A DNA stretch of 37,715 bases from Malacoraja senta (taxonomy: Eukaryota). A program made the translations under genes and the position numbers. The notes below the pieces were generated by a model. The model did no database searches. It was not told where the DNA came from and was given only the letters and a program-made list of their open reading frames with translations. Shown one piece after another: positions 11,076 through 21,552 of the stretch. Where the stretch lies: NCBI GenBank assembly GCA_038087875.1, contig JAXLNO010000381.1:1-37715 (forward strand). Direction: 5' to 3'. The first letter of the stretch is position 1. Each line of letters opens with the position of its first letter.

Positions 11076-11683
11076 GAGAATGTATGAACTCCACACAGAC
11101 AGCAACCGCTCTGTGAGGCAGTGGTTCGACCAGCTGCGTCACCGCGCCACTTTATTCAAAGACCTTTTAGTTCAACATGTTGTGGTACTTAGTTTATCTT
11201 TCCTCGATTACCTACATTTATCTTGCCCTCTCATTAAACATCGTAACTGCCAACTTCACATTTAGAAGTTCACAAACTTTATATAGTGCAGGTTTCGCTG
11301 CCTATTTAACATGCGTAATATATGCAAAAAATGACATTTAAATTGGAGTAGAGTGTAATGTGTAAAATGTGAACTCGACCGGGACTTTTATTGATGGGAA
11401 ACAGAGTAAAGAACTTGGCAGAGAGCTGTGTACTTTGGCATAGCCAAAATGCAAATGCTGGCTGCCTCGCACTGAAAGTCAGATTGAAAGTCAGTGCCAT
11501 CAAAAATACTTCCTAAAAAACACTTTTACACGTTATTTATGAATTGTTATCAGCATTCCTTACACATGTGGAATCAAAGAACTGCAGATAGACACAAAGC
11601 GCTGGAGAAACTCAGCAGGTCGGGCAGCATCTCTGGAGAGAAAGGACGGGTGACGTTTCGGGCCACAACCCTTTTTCGGACAG

Positions 11684-12430
11684 GATAGATAGATAGACAG
11701 ATAGATTCCTTTATTGTCATTCAGACCTTTCGGTCTGAACGAAATTATGTTGCCTGCAGTCATACACAGAACCAATAATAACTAAACATACAATAAACAC
11801 AAATTAAACATCCACCACAGTGAGTTCACCAAAGCACATCCTCACTGTGATGGAGGCAAAGTCTTAGTCTCTGTCTCTTCCCTCCTTGTTCTCACTCTGC
11901 GCTGAGGCGATCGAACCAGGCCGAAGATGCCGCCCTCCAGTCCAGCGGACCTCCGTGGTGATGTCGCCGCCGCCGAAAGCCGGAACGCCGTCTCCGCTCC
12001 GAGACGGCCCGCCACAGCATCAGCTCCGGGCCGCCGCCCGAGCTCCAGGCAGCTGCCCCAGCTCCGGGTCCCGCACTCTCCGCTCCGGGCCGCCGCCCCA
12101 GCTCCAGGTCCTGCAGTCTCCGCTCCGGGCCGCTGCCCCAGTTCCGGGTCCCGCAGTCTCCGCTCCAGGCCGCCGCACCAGCTCCGGGTCCCGCAGTCTC
12201 CGCTCCGGACCCCGCCGCATCAGCTCCGGGCCGCCGCCGAAAGCCAGAAAGCCGCACCAGCAAGTCGGGCCACCGCTGCCTCAGCCCCGAAGACGGCCAG
12301 CCTCTCGTTGGTAAGTCCTGGCTGGCTCTGCCTCCGTAGCCTCGGGGTCGGTCGCAGGTTGGGGGCCGCCAGCTCCGCCATTAGGCCTCAGCGCAGACGG
12401 AGGCAGAGAAGGGGGATACGACACGAAAGT
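11684..12430 (-). mobile_element. Non-autonomous retroelement (SINE-like) with GC-rich minisatellite
   Basis: On the minus strand the 3' end reads hairpin TTCAGACC-GAAA-GGTCTGAA (11720-11739), AATAAA, then a (TCTA)n tail. No RT-like ORF. Confidence 0.6.
12017..12240. repeat. 40-bp GC-rich minisatellite, about 4 full units plus partials
   Basis: Unit AGCTCCGGGTCCCGCAGTCTCCGCTCCGGGCCGCCGCCCC repeated from 12060. Confidence 0.9.
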
Positions 12431-12554
12431 GGAAGTCCTGTGTCTGTAGAAACAAGGACAGGACCCTCCTCTCTTGCATTTCCCCACAATTATTCTGTGG
12501 AAAGGTTCCGACCCAATATGTCACCTATCCATCTTCTCCAGGGATGCTGCTTGA

Positions 12555-12792
12555 AGGGCCTGTCCCACTTGGCGATTTCTTCCAGCGACTGCCGGCATCA
12601 TTGACTGACATATCAGGTCACCGAAAAATTCACGGCGTGACGCGGCGTGATGACGTATTGACGCGCGGTGGTTTTTTCAAGTGTGCCAACATTCTTTTTG
12701 TCGCCGCTGGATTTTGAAATGTTCAAAATCTTTCGGCGACACTGAAATGACGCTGGCAGTCGCCGAAATAATCGGCAAGTGGGACAGGCCCT
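12555..12792. mobile_element. PIF/Harbinger MITE, 238 bp, inserted in a pLTR unit
   Basis: Perfect 15-bp TIRs, extending imperfectly to about 23 bp. TGA TSD at 12552-12554 / 12793-12795. Confidence 0.92.
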
Positions 12793-12989
12793 TGATCCGC
12801 TGAGTTACTCCAGCACTCTGTGCCATTTAAAAAAAACCTTTAGTGACTCCAGTCTTCAGCTGGATTATTGTTGATTATTTGTGCTGGGGTAACTCAGCGG
12901 GCCAGGCAGCATCTCTGGAGGACATGGGTAGGTGATGTTTCAGGTCAGGGCCCCTCCTGAAACTCTGAGAAAAGATCCTGAATCTCTGA

Positions 12990-13220
12990 TGGTGAATCTC
13001 TGGAAATCTCTGCCACAGAGGGTAGTTGAGGCCAGTTCGTTGGCTATATGTAAGAGGGAGTTAGATGTGGCCCTTGTGGCTAAAGGGATCAGGGGGTATG
13101 GAGAGAAGGCAGGAACGGGATACTGAGTTGGATGATCAGCCATGATCATATTAAATGGCGGTGCAGGCTCAAAGGGCCGAATGGCCTACTCCTGCAGCTA
13201 TTGTCTATGTTTCTATGTTT
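12990..13220 (+). mobile_element. CR1 LINE 3' end
   Basis: VNLWKSLPQRVVEASSLAICKRELD motif, CR1 3' UTR, CTATGTTT tail. Confidence 0.88.
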
Positions 13221-13291
13221 AAAATGAGGCATATCTGTGCCCTCCAATAGGTTTGAACAAGAGTCCATAAAGAAATGTCACCTATCCATGC

Positions 13292-13997
13292 CATAGTCAT
13301 AGTCATAGAGTGATACAACATGGAAACAGGCCCTTCGGCCCAACTTGACCACAATGACCAACATGTCCCAGCTACACTAGTCCCACCTGCCTGCATTTTG
13401 TCCATATCCCTCCAAACTTGTCCTATCCATGTACCTGTCTAACTGCTTCTTAAATGTTGGGATAGTCCTTGCCTCAACTACCTCCTCTGGCAGTCTGAAG
13501 AAGGGTTTCGGCCCGAAACGTTGCCTATTTCCTTCGCTCCATAGGTGCTGCTACACCCGCTGAGTTTCTCCAGCATTTTTGTGTACCTACCTCCTCTGGC
13601 AGCTCGTTCCATACACCCACCACCCTTTGTGTGAAAATGATTCCCTTCAGATTCCTATGAAATCTTTTCCCCTTCACCTTAAACCTATGTCCTCTGGTCC
13701 TCAATTCCCCTACTCTGGACAAGAGACTCTGTGCATCTACCCGATCTATTCCTTTCATGATTTTATACACCTTTATAAGATCACCCCTCATCCTCCTGCG
13801 CTCCAAGGAATAGAGTCCCAGCCTACTCAACCTCTCCCTGTAGCTCAGACCCTCTAGTCCTGGCAACATCTGCGTAAATCTTCTCTGTACCCTTTCCAGC
13901 TTGACAACATCTTTCCTATAACACGGTGCCCAGAGCTGAACACAATACTCTAAATGCGGCCTCACCAACGTCTTATACAACTGCAACATGACCTCCA
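13292..13997 (-). mobile_element. CR1 LINE 3' fragment (second subfamily)
   Basis: ORF 13525-13989 (LYKTLVRPHLEYCVQ...RRMRGDLI) and an (ACTATG)n tail. Confidence 0.92.
13494..13586 (+). mobile_element. Solo 93-bp Penelope-like pLTR unit with hammerhead-like core
   Basis: Flanked by the 16-bp direct repeat CTACCTCCTCTGGCAG (13478-13493 / 13587-13602). Two mismatches to the reverse complement of 36053-36147. Confidence 0.88.
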
Positions 13998-14028
13998 GAG
14001 ATGTTGCCCGTCCCGCTGAGTTACATCA

Positions 14029-14343
14029 CGGCGGTCACGGCGGTCATAGAGTTGCTGCCTCGCAGCGAATGCTGTGCCGGAGACCCGGGTTCGATCCCGA
14101 CTACGGGTGCTGTCTGTACGGAGTTTGTACGTTCTCCCCGTGACCTGCGTGGGTTTTCTCCGAGATCTTCGGTTCCCCCCCACACTCCAAAAACGTACAG
14201 GTTTGTAGGTTAATTGGTTTTGTGAAGGTAAAAATTGTCCCTAGTGGGTGTAGGATGGTGTTAATGTGCGGGGATCGCTGGTCGGCGCGGACCCAGTGGG
14301 CCGAAGGGCCTGTTTCCGCGCTGTATCTCTAAACTAAACTAAA
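14029..14343 (+). mobile_element. HE1/V-SINE, near full length
   Basis: Box B GGTTCGATCCC (14088-14098), V-domain, CR1-like 3' end GGGCCGAAGGGCCTGTTTCC, (CTAAA)n tail. Confidence 0.92.
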
Positions 14344-14609
14344 TCAGCAATTAGTGTATTTTCTTGTGTGTTTGTTCTTAACATTGAACATAGAACAATA
14401 CAGCACAGCAAAAGGCCCTTCGGCCCACAATGTCTGTGTCGAACACGATACCAATGTAAACTAATCTCATCTGCCTGCACATTATCCCACCCCCACCCCG
14501 CCCCTGCCCATTTCCAGTGTCTCTGTATTTCTAAGTAAAAGCCTATTAAACAACCAGAGAGCGGTGCTGAACTACTATCTACCTCTTTGGTGACCCTCGG
14601 ACTATCCTT

Positions 14610-14937
14610 TTTTTTTTGTTGAAAATATTTTTTATTGGAGATAAGTACACAACCTATTAACATCATTACAGTCTTACATTTTTAAATTGATAATATTATC
14701 AATTATTATTATATTGTCTCCAATACCTTTTGCCTTTTTTTTTTAAAAACTAGATAGAACTAAAAAGATAGATGAAGTAAAGAAAGAAAAAAGAGAGAAG
14801 AAAAGAAAAAGATGAAAAAAAAAAAAAAAAAAAAGAGAAAGATAGTTAAAGAAGAATGGAAAAATTTATTAAAATAAAAAACTTCATTCGAGATATATTT
14901 GTACATTTCAGAGTATAGCATTTCATCCATTCTTTAG
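14610..14937 (-). mobile_element. Poly(A)-tailed L1 3' UTR-like fragment inside a Rex1/Babar-like copy (about 14550-15123)
   Basis: 15-bp TSD CCTCGGACTATCCTT (14595-14609 / 14938-14952). Minus-strand AATAAA and A-tail; purine tract like 25000-25160. Confidence 0.8.
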
Positions 14938-15325
14938 CCTCGGACTATCCTTGATCGAACTTTGCTGGCCTTACCCGGCACTGAACGTTATTCCCTTTAT
15001 CACGTATCTGTCCACTGTAAATGGATGGATTGTAACCACGTGTTGTCTTTCTGCTGCCTGGTTAGCGCGCCACAAAGGCTTTTCACTGTACCTCGGTGCA
15101 CGTGACAATAAACTAAACTGAACGATCATATCTGCCATCACCGCCACCCCTAGCAGCGCGTTCCAGGCACCCACCAACCTGTGTGGGTAAAATAAAACAT
15201 ACGCTACATGTTCCTGCACATCCCTCGCACATGTCCAAGCCTTTCCACTCGTCACTTTAATGTCATGTATTTTGTGTTTTTATGACTGTTGGTAAATCAA
15301 TTTCCCTCCTGGGATAAATAAAGTT

Positions 15326-16115
15326 CTATTGTATTGTATCCTATCGTATCGTATCATAACGGATTGTATCGTATGACATAGAAACATAGAAACATAGAAA
15401 ATAGGTGCAGGAGTAGGCCATTCGGCCCTTCGAGCCTGCACCGCCATTCAATATGATCATGGCTGATCATCCAACTCAGTATCCCGTACCTGCCTTCTCT
15501 CCATACCCCCTGATCCCTTTAGCCACAAGGGCCACATCTAACTCCCTCTTAAATATACCCAAATGAACTGGCCTCAACTACCTTCTGTGGCAGAGAATTC
15601 CACAGATTCACCACTCTCTGTGTGAAAAATGTTTTTCTCATCTCGGTCCTAACAGACTTCCCCCTTATCCTTAAACTGTGTGACCCCTAGTTCTGGACTT
15701 CCCCAACATCGGGAACAATCTTCCTGCATCTAGCCTGTCCAACCGCTTAAGATTCGTATCGTAGCATATCGTATCATATCGTAACGTATTGTATTGTAAC
15801 ACATCGTATCGTAATGTGTTGTAATGTATCGCATCGTATCATATCGTATCGCATCGTATCATATGAATGAATGAATGAATGAATAGATTATTTCAGTCAT
15901 ACATTAAAAAGAACAAAACTTTACAATCTGTGTGAATATGAACCAACACTGTATCCATTTCACACAACGTTCACATAATCAATGACCGAAAAAGCAATAG
16001 GCTGAAGCCACAAAGCTTATTTTTGCCTATCCGTAAGATAACCCAGAATATCAGCATTACAAAGGAAAGAAAAAAAAAATGTACTCGTACCGCATCGTAA
16101 CGCATCTTATCGCAC
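15326..16115. repeat. (TCGTA)n LINE-tail-derived microsatellite split by two insertions
   Basis: Segments at about 15326-15376, 15752-15863 and 16081-16115. The same tail, short, ends the sister copy at 18100-18206. Confidence 0.75.
15377..15751 (-). mobile_element. CR1 LINE 3' end
   Basis: Near-identical to 499-811, with an (ATGTTTCT)n tail. Confidence 0.9.
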
Positions 16116-16390
16116 GAACCAGTATCGATGTTGCTGTGGATTCTAGGATAAGAGTTATAATTTTTGAGAAATTATGTAAACTGCGGTTTATTTTCCAGCT
16201 GAAACACAGAGAGCGGCTTGAGATGGAACTGATTTGATCAAAGACAAGCCTGTGGAGGCAATGCTGGCATTACATACAGTAATTGCAAAGACAGACTGAG
16301 AATGGAAACCATGAACTAGTTTGTGGTCAGTTCTGCGGCCGATCTGTGTGGAGGCATTACACTGCATCACTTGAGGTGCTGTATGTGATT

Positions 16391-16695
16391 TTAGTTTAGT
16401 TTAGTTTAGTTCACAGATACAGCGCGGAAACAGGTCCTTCGGCCCACCGAGTCCGCACCGGCCTGTACACTAACACTACCCGACACACACCAGGGACAAT
16501 TTGCGATTATACCAAGCCAATTAGCCTACAAACCTGGACGTCTTTGGAGTGTGGGAGGAAACCGGAGCACCCGGAGAAAACCCACGCAGGTCATGGGGAG
16601 AACGTGCAAACTCCGTGCAGACAGCACTTATAGTCAGGATCGAACCTGGGTCTCTGGCGCTGTGAGGCAACAACTCTACCACTGTGATACCACCC
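16391..16695 (-). mobile_element. HE1/V-SINE
   Basis: (TTTAG)n tail on +; reverse V-domain and box B (GGATCGAACC). Confidence 0.9.
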
Positions 16696-16710
16696 TTCAT
16701 TTAGCAAAAT

Positions 16711-17166
16711 ACCAAGCATGAAAGGACAATTTTCAGGCTCATGAGGCTATTTAGACCAAACTGAAGGCAAGAGTAAAAGGTAATGTGGTATTAGCAGCGC
16801 AAAAGTGAGATTTTAAGATGTTTAAACAAATACCCAGAATAGCACATTGCTTCAGTTTGATGTTAGTCAATGCAACTTCTAGGCTTAAATCGCCTTGCAT
16901 GGAATGTTGCTTTTTCCATGGGATGTGCCCGCATTGTTCCTGTGGTTTTCCATTGAGGATCTCAACTCTTCTGTATTTAATCAAGATCGAATCCAGACAA
17001 GAGCTGCCAGGTGTTACTTCGAGGATGTTTCAGTTTGTCAAAGGGCATCAGCAACACAGAGTTATACAGCGTGGAAACTGGCCTTCAGCCCAACTTTCCC
17101 ATGCCGACCCAACCTGACATGCCCCATCTACATTGGTCCCACCTGCCTGTGTTTGGCCCATATCCC
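16711..17166 (+). repeat. Copy 1 of inverted duplication (partner 33350-33805)
   Basis: Matches the reverse complement of 33350-33805 over unique sequence; the ORF tracks share SRLKSPCMECCFFHGMCPHC. Confidence 0.93.
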
Positions 17167-18098
17167 TCTAAACCTGTCCTATCCTTGTACCTGTCCAAAT
17201 GTTTTTTAAATGTTGTGATAGTCCCTGCCTCAACTACCTCCTCCGGATACTCGCTCCATACACCCACCACCCTTTATGTATAAAAGTTACCTCTCAGGTT
17301 CCTATTTAACCCATGTCCTCTGGTTCTTGATTCCCCTACTCTGGGTAAAATACTGCGTTTACCCTTATTCCTCTCGTGGTTTTGTACATCTCTATAAGAT
17401 CACCCCTCATCCTCCTGCGCTCCAAGGAATAAAGTCCTAGTCTGCTCAACCTCTCCCTGTAGCTCAGACCCTTGAGTCCTGGCAACAACTTTGTAAATCT
17501 TCTCTGCTCCCTTTCCAGCTTAAAACATCTTTCCTTTAAGAGGGTGACCAAAACTGAACACCATACTCTAAATGTGGCCTCACCAAAGTCTTGTACGACT
17601 GTAACATGACCTCTCAACTTCTATGTGTAAGAAAGAACGGCAGATGCTGGTTTAAATCGAAGGTAGACACAAAATGCTGGAGTAACTCAGCGGGTGAGGC
17701 AGCATCTCTGGAGAGAAGGGATGGGTGACGTTCCGGGTCGAGATGTCTCAACCCGAAACGTCGCACATTCCTTCTCTCCAGAGAGGAAGAAGGGTCTCGA
17801 CCCGAAATGTCGCCCATTCCTTCTCTCCAGAGATGCTGCCTCATCCACTGAGTTACTCCAGCATTTTGTGTCTACTCTCAACTTCTATACTCAACGTGTG
17901 TAGGGGAAGTAAATGCAGATGTTGGTTTACTCTGAAGATGGACACAAAATGTTGGAGTAACTCGATACTCTGACTGATGAAGGCCATTGTGCTGAAAGCC
18001 TTCTTGAACACCTTACCTGTGACGCCACTTTCAAGGGACCATGCACCTGCGTAGATCCCTCTGCTCTACAACTCTCCCTAGAGCCCTGCCATTCACTG
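17058..18098 (-). mobile_element. CR1 LINE 3' fragment interrupted by pLTR units
   Basis: ORF 17336-17617 LSYRERLSRLGLYSLERRRMRGDLIE. Confidence 0.85.
17625..17874. mobile_element. Palindromic pLTR pair inserted as one unit
   Basis: 14-bp TSD CTCTCAACTTCTAT (17611-17624 / 17875-17888); minus unit followed by plus unit. Confidence 0.85.
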
Positions 18099-18442
18099 GA
18101 CTTTCCACTCGTCACTCTAATTTCATGCTTGATGTGGCTTGTTGTGTTTTTATGACTGTTGGCAGAACAATTTCCCTCCTGGGATAAATAAAGTTCTATC
18201 GTATCGTGATTTTATTATGACCTGCCTCCAGCTGAAGGTCAGTACCATTTCTCCAGCTGTGGACTTGTCACTTGGCGATGGGCGGTCCCCATCATGACTT
18301 ACCCAGTCTCCGCTGCTCTGACATGGAGGATGCATCGTGTCCTGGGCTCCACCAATATCTCAACCCCTGGCTTGGCATTTCACGCCTCTCTTCTCCGCAC
18401 CTGTCAACCATTTGCCTCCTTTCCACCTCCTGCCCTCGTCAG

Positions 18443-19220
18443 TCATACAGCGTAGAAAACAGGCCCTTCGGCCCAACTTGCCCACACTGGCCAACATGTC
18501 CCATCTACACAAGTCCCACCTGCTTGCATTTGGCCTTTATCCTTCTAAACCTTTCCTATCCATGTATCTGTCTAATAGCTTCTTAAACGTTGGGATAGTC
18601 CCTGCTCAACTACCTCCTCCGGCGGCTCGTACCATACACCCACCGCCCTTTGAGTGAAATGTTACCCCTCAGATTCCTATAAAATCTTTCCCCCCTTCAA
18701 CTTGAACCTACGCCCTCTGGTTCTTGTTTCTCCTAGTCTGGGCAAGATACTCCACCTATCTGCTAATTACACCCCCCCCCCCCCCCCACCTATCACTTGC
18801 CAGGCTTTGTCCAGCCCCCAACTTCCTTTCCCAGCCTTCCATGTACCTGTCTAAATATTCATGGATTGTGTATGGAACAAGCTGCCAGAGGAGGTGGTTG
18901 AGGCTGGGACTATCCCAACGTTTAAGAAACAGTTAGACAGGTACATGGATAGGACAAGTTTGGAGGGATATGGGCTAAACGCAGGCAGGTACGACCTGTG
19001 TAGCTGGGACAAGTTGGCCGGCATGGGCAAGTTGGGCTGAAGGGCCTGTTTCCACGCTGTATCACTCTGTAACTGTATGTTTCTTAGACGTTGCGATAGT
19101 CCCAGCCTCAACAACCTCCTCCGGCAGCTGGTTCCATACACACACCACCCTTTGTGTGAAAAAGTTACCCCTCGGGTTCCTAATAAATCTTCCCCCCCCC
19201 ACCCGCCCTCACCTTAAACC
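18443..19220. mobile_element. Three CR1 3' ends in alternating orientation (-, +, -)
   Basis: About 18443-18750 (-), 18865-19072 (+) and 19075-19220 (-), all of the same subfamily. Confidence 0.82.
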
Positions 19221-20171
19221 TATATCGCCATTAAGAGGAATTAGAAGGAAAAGTAATGCATTTAACATTATTGCATTGCGTACTGGAGGCTTTCATGTGT
19301 TTCAAATCCTCATATCTCCAAGTCTGCACTCGCATCTGGCGAATTTTCATCATTCGAAAGCATCTTTTTGATCTGCAGAAATAAAAGCAGTTTGAAAAAT
19401 TAGCAATTTCTTCATATGTGCTGCCAGCATTGATAGGGACCAGTAACTGTTCCATTGGCCAGAGTCTAGAGAGGGGGGTGGGGGGGGGGTGGGGTCCTGC
19501 GGACGTACGGGGAGATTCCTGCTTTGATGGGCAAAGATGAACCCTATTATGTATTAGCCAAAAGGAGAAAAGCACTGATATTGACTTAAATACTCCGAGA
19601 ATTAACAGAGGCCCCATATGTTCCCACTTTGTGCTTTGTGTCTCACAGATAGAGAGGGAGCTTTGATGTGCAACGCTGGCACAGTAGGGTGCGAGCCACT
19701 GTAAAAACTAGATGGTAAATGAGGAGGATATGAAGGAACATGGGGAACACTCTTCACTAATACTGCGGCAGAGAGCCCAGGCAAGAGCCAGTGATAATGT
19801 GCATCTGTTCAGGGGAATGTTTAAGCTTTGAACATTTCCGTGTGTGGATAAGTGGATCATTTATATTTTAGCATAATGGTCTGATTAATTGAAGTACTTC
19901 AAAGCAGATTTCCTGGATGATGTAAATAAGGATTTTTTTTTTTCCCCCCGAACGCAGAGCTTTTAAAGCGGAGAGAGAAAAAGATGTTTAAAAAGAACCT
20001 GCCTAAGACCACAGTACCAGCAACAATGCCAACACTTTCATAGCAGGTACAATAGTGTGAAAAACAAAAATAATAAATCATAAGGAGTGTTGATCCTAAA
20101 GACCGTTTTATCTCCCATTTAAGTGGTCGAGGTTCTGCCGTTCGAGATTTGACAAACCTATTGTACAAATG

Positions 20172-20743
20172 GGGCGGTACGGTGGCGCAGCAGTAGAGTC
20201 GCTGCCTAACGGGGCTGAGCCGCGGCGGCCAACTAATCAGCGAGTTTAGAAGAGTTTGCCCTCGACTCAAACTCGCAGCATGGTCGACACGTGGTCCTAG
20301 GAGGTCCTATGAGGTCACTGGACCTCTCCTTCATGCTCGAGGGAAGTTCCCGAATACTCGCGGCCTCAGCTAGGTCGACATGGTTCTTTTGAACTCGTAG
20401 TGCAGTGGAGTGGGGTTGCTATTTAGTTACAGGCAGTCGAGGGCAGCCGTAGGCAATCTCCTTCGCTGACCGGGCATTTTAATTGGCTCATTGGAGTTTT
20501 CAGGAACAAGGAAAACCGACCGGTAGGTTTAATGCCCGCTAAACTTTATTAAAAAGTTGTCTGGCTTCTTAAAAGTGTCTCCACTCCTTCTCCCCCCTTC
20601 TCTCCCCTTCTCTCCCCCCCCCCCCTCCGCGCCCTCTAAAGGACTTACCATACACTGTGCAGCCGTCGTTAACCTTCCTCTTCATCGCGGGTGTGAATTT
20701 CAGACAGCGCTCCCCCAGCTTTCCCTAGCCCCCTGCCTTTGCG

Positions 20744-20831
<88 letters not shown>

Positions 20832-21330
20832 ATGCGTGCGTGCGTGCGTGTGTGTGCGTGTGTGTGTGTGTGTGTGTGTGCGTGTGCGTGTGTGTGTGCG
20901 TGTGTGTGTATGTGTGCGGTCGGCCGATCCAGCTCGAGGTTTCATCGCTGACGGTCGATCCAGCTCGAGGTTTTTCAGGCGAGTGCGCTCGAGGTTGAAG
21001 GTCGATGACACTCTTCTGAACTCGCGGATTAGGTCGCCGCAGTGGGACAGCCCCTTTACATCGCTTACAGCGCCAGAGACCCGGGTTCGATCCCAACTAC
21101 GGGTGCTGGCTGCACGGAGTTTGCATGTTCTCCCCGTGACCTGCGTGGGTTTTCTCCAAGATCTTCAGTTTTCTCCCACACTCCAAAGACGTACAGGTTT
21201 GTAGGTTAATTGGCTTGGTATAAATATAGAATTGTCCCAAGGGTGTGTAGGGTAGTGTTTATGTGCGGGGATGGCTGGTTGGTGCGGACGCCGTGGGCCG
21301 AAAGGGCTATTTCCACACTTTATCGATAAA
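20172..21330 (+). mobile_element. HE1/V-SINE interrupted by a MITE
   Basis: Head GGCGGTACGGTGGCGCAGCAGTAGAG at 20172; the body resumes at about 21056. Confidence 0.85.
20210..21055 (-). mobile_element. PIF/Harbinger MITE, reverse-oriented sister of 9334-10164
   Basis: Right TIR AGTGGGACAGCCCCT followed by TTA; degenerate left TIR after TAA; expanded (TG)n at 20746-20915. Confidence 0.88.
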
Positions 21331-21552
21331 ACGAAAAAAAAATAAAGATAATAAGAGCGTAACTTAATATAAAAGGTGCCAAATTTAATAAGTCAGTTAA
21401 AGAGACTGTTATCTTTCATCTAATCTTAATGCTGCTACAGAAACTGTGAAACATGATGTTTGACATTTCAAAAAGATGTTATACCAGTGAAATTCTCTCT
21501 CATCATTATGTTCCTATGTACCTGCTCACTGTGTTGACAAGTTTACATTCAT

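Noticed and set aside
11886..12604. Long GC-rich ORFs
   Set aside because: Produced by the 40-bp minisatellite; the unit is not a multiple of 3 and no domain is recognisable.
14029..14100. tRNA gene
   Set aside because: tRNA-derived SINE head that continues into the V-domain and a LINE-like tail.
16185..16240. Acceptor-like TTTATTTTCCAG followed by LKHRERLEMELI*
   Set aside because: Short, with no partner exons and no recognisable protein; insufficient support.
16818..17117. Cys-rich ORF conserved in both duplicated copies; possible 43-nt exon at about 16737-16779
   Set aside because: Indels and stops differ between the copies, and the similarity is explained by DNA duplication alone.
20557..21204. 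Cys-Val / His-Thr repeat ORFs (also 9284-9614)
   Set aside because: (TG)n microsatellites inside MITEs.
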